From Treponemataceae bacterium (lineage in GTDB: Bacteria > Spirochaetota > Spirochaetia > Treponematales > Rectinemataceae): a stretch of DNA of 64,000 nt. The notes beneath the pieces are model-generated. The model was not told the DNA's origin, did no database searches, and was given only the letters and a program-made list of their open reading frames with translations. Each line of letters opens with the position of its first letter. Position 1 is the stretch's first letter. Of this stretch, positions 9,518 to 17,807 are shown piece after piece. Position numbers and translations under genes: made by a program. The stretch covers positions 520,057-584,056 of the forward strand of contig CAXXGJ010000018.1 of assembly GCA_963677895.2 (NCBI GenBank), read 5' to 3'.

Positions 9518-9642
9518 ACATGACACACGCTTCAACCTTATAATGCTCTTTGTCACGCATCTTGCGGGAAGAGTTCACAAGAAGCGCGCCAATCCCTCGC
9601 TTCGCTCGGGAGCGAGTGGTAAAGGTTATGCCAACGATAGAC
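9518..9642 (+). mobile_element. Degenerate attC site downstream of fic
   Basis: ACATGAC-acacg-CTTCAACC...TTGTCACGC...GCGCGCCAA...GGTTATG-ccaac-GATAGAC, beginning just after the fic stop. Confidence 0.6.
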
Positions 9643-9836
9643 CGATAGCCGCCTTAAAAAACAGAAAGATTGAAATAACCTCTCCAATATTCAATCAAAA
9701 TCGAGAAAGCACGATGTTTCTCATATAGCTGTCAATTTTTAAAATTATTTTAAAATAGGTCTTGCAAAGCATTTTTAATCAATATATCCCTTGCTTTAAG
9801 GATATCCCCTACATCTTAACAAAGGAAGTTGATTGT

Positions 9837-10814
9837 ATGAATCAGGAAAAAATCAAAGAGCTTGAAAAGACGATAAACAGTGACTACAGCAATATTGCTG
9901 GCATTATTGTTCAAAAATGCGGCGTAAAATTATTTGAAAACTACTTTAATGGATATACCGCCGATAAGGCCGTTCATATGTATTCGGTGACTAAAAGCGT
10001 TATTTCCGCGTTGATCGGTATCGCCATCGATAAAGGTTATATAAAAAGCGTAGACCAAAAGGTATTGGACTTTTTTCCCGATTACGTTGTCGTAACAGGT
10101 GAAAAAACAATACAGCACGTTACGGTCAAAAATCTTCTTACCATGACGGCCCCCTATAAATATAAGACGGAACCATACGTGGAGTTTTTCGCAAGCCAGA
10201 CCCCGATTCTAGATGCACTCAATTTATTGGGCGGGGATGGAGTCATCGGGGAATTTAATTATTCTGCCATCGGAGGAACCCATATTTTGTCAGGTATCCT
10301 TGTGAGGTCGACGGGACAGTCCATACTTGATTTCGCTACGAAAAACTTATTTTCTCCACTGGGAATCAACGTTACACACAATCTGGTGTTGCGTAGTAAA
10401 GAAGAACATTTTGCCGTTATGAATGATAAAAACACAAGTGGCTGGGTTGTTGACCCACAAGGAATAAACACGGCTAGCTGGGGCCTTTTTTTAACGCCTG
10501 CGGATATGACAAAAATTGGTCAATTGTACTTAAATGATGGAACGTGGGGTGGTAACCAAATTATACCGACCGCGTGGATAAATGAGAGTACAAGAGAACA
10601 TAGCCGATGCGTCCAATGGGGCAATCTAGCTTATGGCTATCTTTGGTGGATCATTGACGGGGATAGCTATGCGGCTCTGGGCGATGGCGGTAATGTTATC
10701 TATGTCAATTCAAAGAAAGAAATTATTGTTTCCATCGCTTCGCTTTTCTTGCCAGAGGCCAAGGATAGAATAGAGTTTATTAAAAAATATATCGAACCAG
10801 TTTTTAAGGATTGA
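9837..10814 (+). CDS. Serine hydrolase, beta-lactamase class C / NylB-like
   Basis: SxxK motif (SVTK), FNYS, GLFLTPADMTKIGQLYL, YGYLWW, GDGG; RBS AAGGA. Confidence 0.88.
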   Translation: MNQEKIKELEKTINSDYSNIAGIIVQKCGVKLFENYFNGYTADKAVHMYSVTKSVISALIGIAIDKGYIKSVDQKVLDFFPDYVVVTGEKTIQHVTVKNLLTMTAPYKYKTEPYVEFFASQTPILDALNLLGGDGVIGEFNYSAIGGTHILSGILVRSTGQSILDFATKNLFSPLGINVTHNLVLRSKEEHFAVMNDKNTSGWVVDPQGINTASWGLFLTPADMTKIGQLYLNDGTWGGNQIIPTAWINESTREHSRCVQWGNLAYGYLWWIIDGDSYAALGDGGNVIYVNSKKEIIVSIASLFLPEAKDRIEFIKKYIEPVFKD

Positions 10815-10907
10815 GAATAACGAATCCTTATTTACCGGGGAGATTGAAAGTATTATACGAAGCAGGCGAGTTTAAATTTCATTATTGGTTTGTAGAAGTG
10901 TATTGAT

Positions 10908-11021
10908 TTTCAGCGGGTAGATTCAACCTGACTCGGCTATTGTCACAGTTTGTGCTTTTGGGTTATGCCCAGCACAAACTGTGCCAATGTACGCCTCACA
11001 GGTTAAGCGAATATGCTATGC
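10908..11021 (+). mobile_element. Degenerate attC site downstream of the serine hydrolase
   Basis: ATTCAACCTGAC...TTGTCACAGTTTGTGCT...AGCACAAACTGTGCCAA...CAGGTTAAG-cgaatat-GCTATGC; shares L boxes with the 5859 site. Confidence 0.6.
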
Positions 11022-11195
11022 TTTCAATAGCGTATGCACTACAATTCGATTCTTCTTGGGTACTGGTTTCTTCTTTACGGTTGTCACCGTCATCGAGATG
11101 ATGGCTCCTTCATGAATCTGAACCTCCACCTTGTCGAATTCCACGTTTGCGAGCGCCTTCCTCAGCTCTTCGATATCTTCGTATTCCAGGGGCAT
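11016..11195 (-). CDS. Small DUF2292/YezD-like protein, 59 aa (below ORF-track cutoff)
   Basis: MPLEYEDIEELRKALANVEFDKVEVQIHEGAIISMTVTTVKKK...; RBS GAGGT; conserved in a second copy. Confidence 0.6.
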   Translation of the reverse strand: MPLEYEDIEELRKALANVEFDKVEVQIHEGAIISMTVTTVKKKPVPKKNRIVVHTLLKA

Positions 11196-11219
11196 TGCTG
11201 TACCTCAATCGATGTATGA

Positions 11220-11702
11220 CTATGCGTTCGCCGGTAGTGACACCCACTTGGCCATGCTCAGTTTCTGCATGAATCCGGCCAGTTTCTTCGAGTTTTCAGC
11301 ACGTTCTTCCTCGGAAATCTCAGGTTGATTGAAGGAGATTCCCGAGCTCCAGCGTTCCGGAATACTTCGCTCCTGGGAGGGCGATGACTGCATGAGCGAG
11401 AGTATCTCCTGGATGTTCTTCGCGAAGCTCGAGAAGGCGAAAGACCACTGGCGTTTCTCCAGAGGCGTCTCTTTTGGCATTCGCTTGTAGGCGAACCAGA
11501 GATCCCGCCAGTTGTCGAAGTAGTAGTCGACGGCGCGCAGTCCAAGCTTGATGTCTTTCCCGAGGACTTCGAAGAGTTCCTTCGCCGCAAGGTTTGCCCG
11601 TTCGTCCGGAAGGATGGTAAGGCTCGTGATCTTGTTGAATTTCTGAAACCAATAGCCGACGATCTGGAATTGCGGGAGCTCATATTCTGAGGCTTTGGGC
11701 AA
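11220..11702 (-). CDS. Hypothetical phage-like protein, probably 5'-truncated
   Basis: 160-aa ORF with coding-like composition; its 3' end is homologous to ~8140-8215; weak TTG start. Confidence 0.45.
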   Translation of the reverse strand: MPKASEYELPQFQIVGYWFQKFNKITSLTILPDERANLAAKELFEVLGKDIKLGLRAVDYYFDNWRDLWFAYKRMPKETPLEKRQWSFAFSSFAKNIQEILSLMQSSPSQERSIPERWSSGISFNQPEISEEERAENSKKLAGFMQKLSMAKWVSLPANA

Positions 11703-11741
11703 ATATTTGTCAATATAAACACATACTTTTTCACATACCCT

Positions 11742-11796
11742 AAAAAAAGAGGCTGGTAAATCCTTATAATAAAAGGATTTACCAGCCTCTTTTTTT
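11742..11796. terminator. Long hairpin terminator directly 3' of tRNA-Glu
   Basis: AAAAAAAGAGGCTGGTAAATCCTT...AAGGATTTACCAGCCTCTTTTTTT inverted repeat with A/T tails. Confidence 0.8.
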
Positions 11797-11867
11797 AGCC
11801 CCTAGGGGAGTCGAACCCCTCTTTAAAGATTGAGAATCTTTTGTCCTAACCGATAGACGAAGGGGCC
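11796..11867 (-). tRNA. tRNA-Glu(CTC)
   Basis: Acceptor stem GGCCCCT/AGGGGCT, anticodon arm AAAGA-TTCTCAA-TCTTT, T arm GGTTCGACTCC; CCA not encoded. Confidence 0.95.
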
Positions 11868-11869
11868 TC

Positions 11870-11910
11870 GTGAAAGAAATGGCTCTCTGTTCGAGAGCCA
11901 TTTCTTTCAC
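11870..11910. terminator. Hairpin between tRNA-Gln and tRNA-Glu
   Basis: GTGAAAGAAATGGCTCTC-tgttc-GAGAGCCATTTCTTTCAC perfect inverted repeat. Confidence 0.6.
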
Positions 11911-11969
11911 AAGCGAGATTTTCGCCCGCGGCTCAAATCTCGCATCGCATCCGATCGGTAAAACCCGAG

Positions 11970-12040
11970 TTCCCCAGGGAGGATTTGAACCCCCACAAGC
12001 AGATCCAGAGTCTGCCGTGCTACCATTACACAACCGGGGA
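11970..12040 (-). tRNA. tRNA-Gln(CTG)
   Basis: TCCCCGG...GCAGA-CTCTGGA-TCTGC...GGTTCAAATCC...CTGGGGA. Confidence 0.95.
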
Positions 12041-12133
12041 ATGACGTCAACGGCAGATAAAATAGCGCAGCTGGCGCCCTTAGTCAATACCTCGGGAAGT
12101 TCAAAAAATAATCGTGCTGGTGAAAAATCTTCA

Positions 12134-12193
12134 TTGACAAGTCGCCATAAGGGATTTATTCTTAAAGAGAAAAAGATATGCACAAATGTGCAT
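12134..12193 (+). promoter_or_regulatory. Sigma70 promoter and palindromic operator of the catabolic operon
   Basis: TTGACA 12134, 17-nt spacer, TATTCT 12157; ATGCACA-AA-TGTGCAT at 12178-12193. Confidence 0.65.
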
Positions 12194-12239
12194 TATGAAT
12201 CGACAGGAATCCCAGTTTAGCCCTGGAGAGGAGAGAAGG

Positions 12240-12968
12240 ATGACAGGTGGAATCGCGCGCGGAACGGAGCGACTTTTCGACGACAAGGGGCATCTCTTTC
12301 TTCTCGCCCTCGACCACGCGCAGAGCGGCGTGATGCCGGGGCTGGAAAACTCTGGCGGACTCATGACGAAACTAGCCTCTTCCGCCCTGGATGGCTTCAT
12401 CCTCAACATAGGCATGAGCGGGCGGATGGCCGCGCCGCCTTTCCTCAGGAAGAAACTCGTGCTGCGCACATCCTTCGGAGGATCCATGCTCGCGAGCGAT
12501 TACTCGACCGTGCACGCCAACCACGTGAGTCCGGAAACCGCACTCTCCGTCGGCGCCGACGCCGTCCTCATGATGGCGGTGATAGGCGGCACGGATTACA
12601 AGAGCCTTCAGAAGGTTGCCGCCGATATAGACCGGTTTCACCAGCTTTCCATTCCCGTAATCGTGGAGATCCTCGCCGCCGACTTCACCAAGACCAGCAG
12701 TTTCGATATTCAATATAATGGGGCACGCATCGCAGCCGAGCTGGGTGCCGACGTCGTGAAAGCCTTCTTCGTGGAGGGTTTCGATAAAGTGACGGCATGC
12801 TGTCCTGTGCCGGTCATCCTCGCCGGCGGACCCAAGGACCGCGACATCGCCGCCGTGGCGGCTCAGGCGCTCTCCGAGGGAGCGAGGGGCTTCGCTTTTG
12901 GCCGCAACATCTTCCAGGCGGCAGATCCCGAAGCTGTCGTGGAAAAGCTGGGCGGACTTCTGAAATGA
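12240..12968 (+). CDS. Class I aldolase, DhnA/FbaB/LsrF family
   Basis: LALDH, ARIAAELGADVVK (Schiff-base Lys), VILAGGP, GRNIFQ; strong RBS. Confidence 0.9.
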   Translation: MTGGIARGTERLFDDKGHLFLLALDHAQSGVMPGLENSGGLMTKLASSALDGFILNIGMSGRMAAPPFLRKKLVLRTSFGGSMLASDYSTVHANHVSPETALSVGADAVLMMAVIGGTDYKSLQKVAADIDRFHQLSIPVIVEILAADFTKTSSFDIQYNGARIAAELGADVVKAFFVEGFDKVTACCPVPVILAGGPKDRDIAAVAAQALSEGARGFAFGRNIFQAADPEAVVEKLGGLLK

Positions 12969-13981
12969 AGGCCGGGCCTGATGCTTCGACAATCTACAGG
13001 ATCGCGCGATATTACTATGTCGAGGGATTGTCACAGGAGGAGATAGGAGCCAAGGAAGGATTTTCCCGCTCCCAGATCTCGAGACTCCTCGAAAGGGCGA
13101 AGGATCTCGGTCTGGTGAAGATCACCGTCCTTCCGCCGGCCGATCTGCGCACCGAAGAGCTGGCCAGGATCCTCGTGGACAGCTTACGCCTGCGCACCGC
13201 GATCGTGGTCCCCGTGAGGAAGAACGCCGACGCCGACGACATAGCGCTGGCCATCGCCACGCGGGCGGCGGACTGTCTCCCCGGATTATTGTCGAACTTC
13301 GGTGTAGTGGGGCTTGGCTGGGGCCACACTCTGTACCGGACGGCCGAGCTTCTGCCCAGGAATTCCGACAAGACGGGCAAGCCTCTTTTCGTGCCTCTCA
13401 TCGGAACTTCAGGCGACGACAATCCCGATCTGCAGATAAACACGATCATCGATAGATTCAGCTCCTCATTTAGGTCCAAAGGCCTCTTCGTGAACATGCC
13501 TTCGGTGCGCGAAAAAGGCAGGCCGCTCTCGAAAATCGAGGAGAAGAGGATCGCGAGCCTCGAGGAATACTGGAACGCGATGGAAGCCGTGGTGGTCGGG
13601 CTGGGCGTTCCCCCCTCGGAATCCCCGAACCTGATAGCCGAACTCCCCATGGAATACAGGGACGAGCTCAAGAAAAGCGCGTCCTGCGGGGATATTTTGG
13701 CCCATTATTTCGACGCCGACGGAAAGATATTCCAGCCCGAGAACAGCTGTGATCTTCTGGCCTTCGACATCACGAAGCTCCCCGGAATCAGGCAATCGAT
13801 CTGTCTTGCCGGGGGGCGCAACAAGCACAGGGGAATCTTGGCCGCGGCACGCTCCGGGTACATCACCGATCTCGTCACGGACGAATGGACCGCGCTCGCG
13901 GTCCTGGAACTCCTGGGCGAGGGGGGCAGGCTGCCGGCGGGTGCCCTTCACAAACCCGGACAGAAAGGGAGCGGCGCATGA
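12965..13981 (+). CDS. SorC/DeoR-family sugar-binding transcriptional regulator
   Basis: IARYYYVEGLSQEEIG...SRSQISRLL HTH, GLGWGHT, LVTDE; ATGA overlap with aldolase. Confidence 0.92.
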   Translation: MKAGPDASTIYRIARYYYVEGLSQEEIGAKEGFSRSQISRLLERAKDLGLVKITVLPPADLRTEELARILVDSLRLRTAIVVPVRKNADADDIALAIATRAADCLPGLLSNFGVVGLGWGHTLYRTAELLPRNSDKTGKPLFVPLIGTSGDDNPDLQINTIIDRFSSSFRSKGLFVNMPSVREKGRPLSKIEEKRIASLEEYWNAMEAVVVGLGVPPSESPNLIAELPMEYRDELKKSASCGDILAHYFDADGKIFQPENSCDLLAFDITKLPGIRQSICLAGGRNKHRGILAAARSGYITDLVTDEWTALAVLELLGEGGRLPAGALHKPGQKGSGA

Positions 13982-14946
13982 AAGCACTCGTCTATACGGG
14001 CATTGGATGCCTGGAAATGCGTGACATCCCCAAACCGGATGCCGATTTTATCGTGAAAGTCTCCGGTTGCGGCATTTGCGGAACCGATCTTAAGACCTAT
14101 CTCAAGGGGCACCATTTTTTCCCGCCTCCCGCGGTTCTGGGACACGAGTTTTTCGGCGTGGTGGACAAGACTTTCCCAGGAAGCGGATACGAGGTTGGAG
14201 ATCCCGTGGTCGTCGCGCCCTACGCGGAGTGCGGCGTCTGCTCGCTGTGCCGCGTGGGCGCGGGAACGCTCTGCAGGCATAAGATGTTCGTGGACGGAGG
14301 CGCGTTCTGCGAATATGTGGGAATACCCGCCGGCTATGTCGGCACGGGGGTATTCCGAATTCCCGCGGCCGATGACAGCTTTACCCTCGTGGAACCGCTC
14401 GCCTGCGTCCTGAACGGCATCGAGCACCTGAGGCTAAGGGAAGGAAGCAAGGCCCTCGTGGTGGGCTCAGGTCCGATGGGCGCGCTCTTCGCCCTGGTGT
14501 TCAAGGCCAAGGGAATACCCGTCACCGTGGTCGAACCCGGAATCCTGCGCAGGGAAAAAGTGGCGTCTTGGGGCATCGACGCGAGGGAGCCCGGAGCCGT
14601 TACCGTCGCGGACTACGACAATATTGTCATCGCCGTGAATAAAAAGGAACTGGTGGCCGATTACGCCAAAGCCGTGGGGGACGCCGGCACCATACTCATG
14701 TTCGCCGGCCTCGGGAAGGAAGAGTCGGTCGCGATAGACGCCTACTCCATCCATTACAGGGAAGTGGCGCTCGTGGGCTGCTCGGGATACGCGATACGGC
14801 ATTTCAGGCAGGCGCTCGCCCTCATCATAGAACACAGGGAGGAATTTTCCCGCGTCATAACGCACAGGATGCCTCTCGCGGAAGGGGCCGCGGCCTTCAA
14901 TCTGCTCTCCGGCGGTCAGGCCTTCAAGATAGTCCTGAAACCATAG
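13978..14946 (+). CDS. Zn-dependent alcohol/polyol dehydrogenase
   Basis: CGICGTD, GHE, CxxCxxC...C, EPLAC, GSGPMG. Confidence 0.92.
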   Translation: MKALVYTGIGCLEMRDIPKPDADFIVKVSGCGICGTDLKTYLKGHHFFPPPAVLGHEFFGVVDKTFPGSGYEVGDPVVVAPYAECGVCSLCRVGAGTLCRHKMFVDGGAFCEYVGIPAGYVGTGVFRIPAADDSFTLVEPLACVLNGIEHLRLREGSKALVVGSGPMGALFALVFKAKGIPVTVVEPGILRREKVASWGIDAREPGAVTVADYDNIVIAVNKKELVADYAKAVGDAGTILMFAGLGKEESVAIDAYSIHYREVALVGCSGYAIRHFRQALALIIEHREEFSRVITHRMPLAEGAAAFNLLSGGQAFKIVLKP

Positions 14947-14958
14947 GAGCGGCGAACC

Positions 14959-15981
14959 ATGAAGCTTGGAATACTTTTCGGACCGGGCTCAGGCGACGGC
15001 GGTTCGATCCGCGCCGAGAAACTGCTCGCGCGGAGGCTTGAGGGGCAGAGCGTGGCCGTCTGCCAAGGCCTCTTCGGGGGAAGCAGGCGGCCGGGAGATT
15101 CCGGGGGCTCCGAGGCCACGGCTCTCTGGGAGAGACTCGCCGTCGCGCCTTCTGGTCATCCTGATGGCTACGTGGGAGAACTACGCGCCGCGGTTGCCGC
15201 GCTCTCCGCCTGGGAGGCCGAACTCCTCGTATGCGTGGGCGGGGACGGGCTTGCCTCCTACGCCGCTGACGCCATGCTCGCGGGGCTCAAGCCCGTGCCG
15301 CTTCTGGGCATCGCCGCGGGCACGATAAACGTGGGGCCGATCGTCTCGCTGGGACTGGACGGTATCGCCGACCTCGATCCGGAAAAGCTGAAGATAGAAA
15401 AGGTCGGCGCCGTCGAGGTATCGCTGGATGGCGTCCACCTCGCCTATGGGTTCAACGACATCGTCATCGGCGACACCTTTCTCGGCATGATGGACGGCGC
15501 GGCGAAAAGCCTTTCGGTCCGGGCAATGCTGGAGAAAGGCGAGAAAAGAGAAGCTTCGCCTTCCCCCGACATCGTCGGTCCGGCCTTCACGGTGAGGAAA
15601 AACGGGATCGGCATCGAACCCGGCATGCGCAGGCCGGCCCAGATCATCGTTTCGCCGCTCGGGAAGCGCGAATTCTACGCCAGGGCGATCGCGGGAGTCC
15701 TCTGCGACGCCGCCTACATGAAAGGCGCGGCGGCCATGGCGCTTTTCGATTCGGTCATCGTGAGAGCCGGAAGCCCGGAACGCGGCATCTCCGATTTTTC
15801 CGCGACCGAACAGCTTCTTTTCGGCCCGGGGGACTGGGTGGAAATAAGCGGTCTCGCCGCCGCCGGACAGATCGTCGTCGATGGAAATCCCTTCGCCCGT
15901 ACGGGCGATCGCGTTCGGTTCAGGTCGATGCCGGACCTGGTCGACGTAGCCAAGCTGCATCATTTCGGTATGGAGGCATAG
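14959..15981 (+). CDS. NAD-kinase-like (GGDG) protein
   Basis: VGGDG, AGTIN, FNDIV and VVDG motifs; lacks TPTGSTAY. Confidence 0.7.
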   Translation: MKLGILFGPGSGDGGSIRAEKLLARRLEGQSVAVCQGLFGGSRRPGDSGGSEATALWERLAVAPSGHPDGYVGELRAAVAALSAWEAELLVCVGGDGLASYAADAMLAGLKPVPLLGIAAGTINVGPIVSLGLDGIADLDPEKLKIEKVGAVEVSLDGVHLAYGFNDIVIGDTFLGMMDGAAKSLSVRAMLEKGEKREASPSPDIVGPAFTVRKNGIGIEPGMRRPAQIIVSPLGKREFYARAIAGVLCDAAYMKGAAAMALFDSVIVRAGSPERGISDFSATEQLLFGPGDWVEISGLAAAGQIVVDGNPFARTGDRVRFRSMPDLVDVAKLHHFGMEA

Positions 15982-15982
15982 G

Positions 15983-16900
15983 ATGGATTCCGGCAGAAGC
16001 ATGCCCAGGATGAAGAACAATCTCCAGGCCAGGGAACAGAGGAGGGCCGCCGCGGTGATGATGACGCCGCTTCTCCTCACGCTGTTTTTCCTCTTCCTCC
16101 TGCCGGTGGCCTTCGTCGTCATGATGAGCTTCACCAACTGGAGCCTTACGACGCCGACGCGCGCCTTCGTGGGACTGAAGAACTTCCTCTTCGTCCTCAA
16201 GGATGAGCGATTCTGGAAGGCGCTCGGCAACACGGTTTTCTATACGGCGATAAAGCTCGTGGCCGACACCGGCCTCGCTCTCTTCATAGCCACCCTCCTG
16301 GACAGGAAACTGCATCTGCGGCGTTTTTTCAGAATCGCGCATTTCGCGCCCGTCGTGGTCCCCATCACGGCATCGAGCCTGATCTGGCTCTGGTTCTACG
16401 ACCCCGGCATCGGCCCCCTCAACCAGATCCTCGTAAGCCTCGGCCTTCCGGCCATGCAATGGCTCTACAGCGAAAAGACGGCCTTGCTTTCGGTGATCCT
16501 GTTCTCCGTCTGGAAAGGACTGGGCTACAACGTCATCCTCTTCCTCGCCGGACTCCAGAGCATCCCCGAATCCTATCTCGAGGCGGCACGCATCGATGGA
16601 GCGAGCGAGAAGCAGGTGTTCTTCAAGATAAAGCTGCCTCTTCTCGCGCCCGTCACCTCCTTCGTGATCATGATGGGCGTCATCAACTGCCTGAAAGTAT
16701 TCACGGAGGTGGACGTGATGACGCCCAATCACGGGCCGCTGGAATCGACGCTCCTCCTCGTCTCGTACATCTACGACCAGTCATTCACGAGGGGGAGGAT
16801 GGGCCGCGGAGCCGCGACGGCCCTCCTTTTGTTCCTGCTGATATTCGGGTTCACCCTGCTGCAGAGAGCCTTCGGGCGTAAAAACGTAAGTTACGACTGA
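15983..16900 (+). CDS. Carbohydrate ABC transporter permease
   Basis: EAARIDGA motif, multiple TM helices. Confidence 0.93.
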   Translation: MDSGRSMPRMKNNLQAREQRRAAAVMMTPLLLTLFFLFLLPVAFVVMMSFTNWSLTTPTRAFVGLKNFLFVLKDERFWKALGNTVFYTAIKLVADTGLALFIATLLDRKLHLRRFFRIAHFAPVVVPITASSLIWLWFYDPGIGPLNQILVSLGLPAMQWLYSEKTALLSVILFSVWKGLGYNVILFLAGLQSIPESYLEAARIDGASEKQVFFKIKLPLLAPVTSFVIMMGVINCLKVFTEVDVMTPNHGPLESTLLLVSYIYDQSFTRGRMGRGAATALLLFLLIFGFTLLQRAFGRKNVSYD

Positions 16901-16911
16901 GGGAGGAAAGC

Positions 16912-17740
16912 ATGAACAAAAAAAAAGCGCAAGCGCTATCCGGCCGTCTTCATATTCCTGACATTGAGCTCCCTGCTCATGATTTTTCCCTTCGTTTGGA
17001 TGTTCCTGTCCTCTTTCAAGACCTCGGCCGATGTCTACAGCTACCCGCCCAAGTGGATCCCGAGCTCTTTCCAGCTGACCAATTTTTTCGAAGTGTTCAA
17101 GAAGATTCCCTTCCTGAGATTTTACGCGAACAGCATCGTCATCGCCATCGTGCAGACCTTCCTGCAGATACTCATCTCGGCGATGGGCGCCTTCGCCCTC
17201 ACGAAGCTGGAATTTCCGGGGCGGAAAAAGATGTTCACCTTCATGCAGAGCAGCATGTATGTCCCCGAAGTGGTGACGATGATACCGCTCTTTCTCCTCG
17301 CCTCCTGGGCGGGGCTGGTGGACACCTACGCGGGACTCATCCTGGGGGGCCTCACCTGCGCCTTCACGACGATACTCCTGATGTCCTTCTTCGAGATCAT
17401 CCCGAACGACCTCCTGGACGCGGCCAAGATCGACGGCTGCGGCTATTACAGGATTTTCCTCCAGGTGGTCATACCCAACTCGAGGACCGCTATCGGGACG
17501 GCTTCCCTCTTCGCCTTCCTCACGCATTGGCGAAGCTACATGTGGCCGTTGATCATCACGAACAACGTGAAGCTGAGGACGCTGCCCATCGGGCTGAAAT
17601 ACCTGGTTCAGGAGACCTCCTCCGAATACCAGGTTCTCATGGCCGCCTCCCTCATGGCGATAATACCTGTGCTTCTGGTGTACATGCTGATGGAAAAGGA
17701 GTTCGTGCAGTCCATAACGCTGACCGGACTCAAGTCATAG
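16912..17740 (+). CDS. Carbohydrate ABC transporter permease with a +1 frameshift in an A9 run
   Basis: RBS GGAGG and ATG 16912; removing one A from 16918-16926 gives MNKKKRKRYPAVFIFLTLSS in frame with DAAKIDG. Confidence 0.85.
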
Positions 17741-17807
17741 CTCGAGATACGGAGCCGACCTGCGCGCGGCTCGATACGGGAAGGAAAACCTTCCAGGAGG
17801 TAGGGGA

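Noticed and set aside
11779..12220. ORFs overlapping the tRNA genes
   Set aside because: Spurious translations of tRNA-Glu/Gln and promoter DNA
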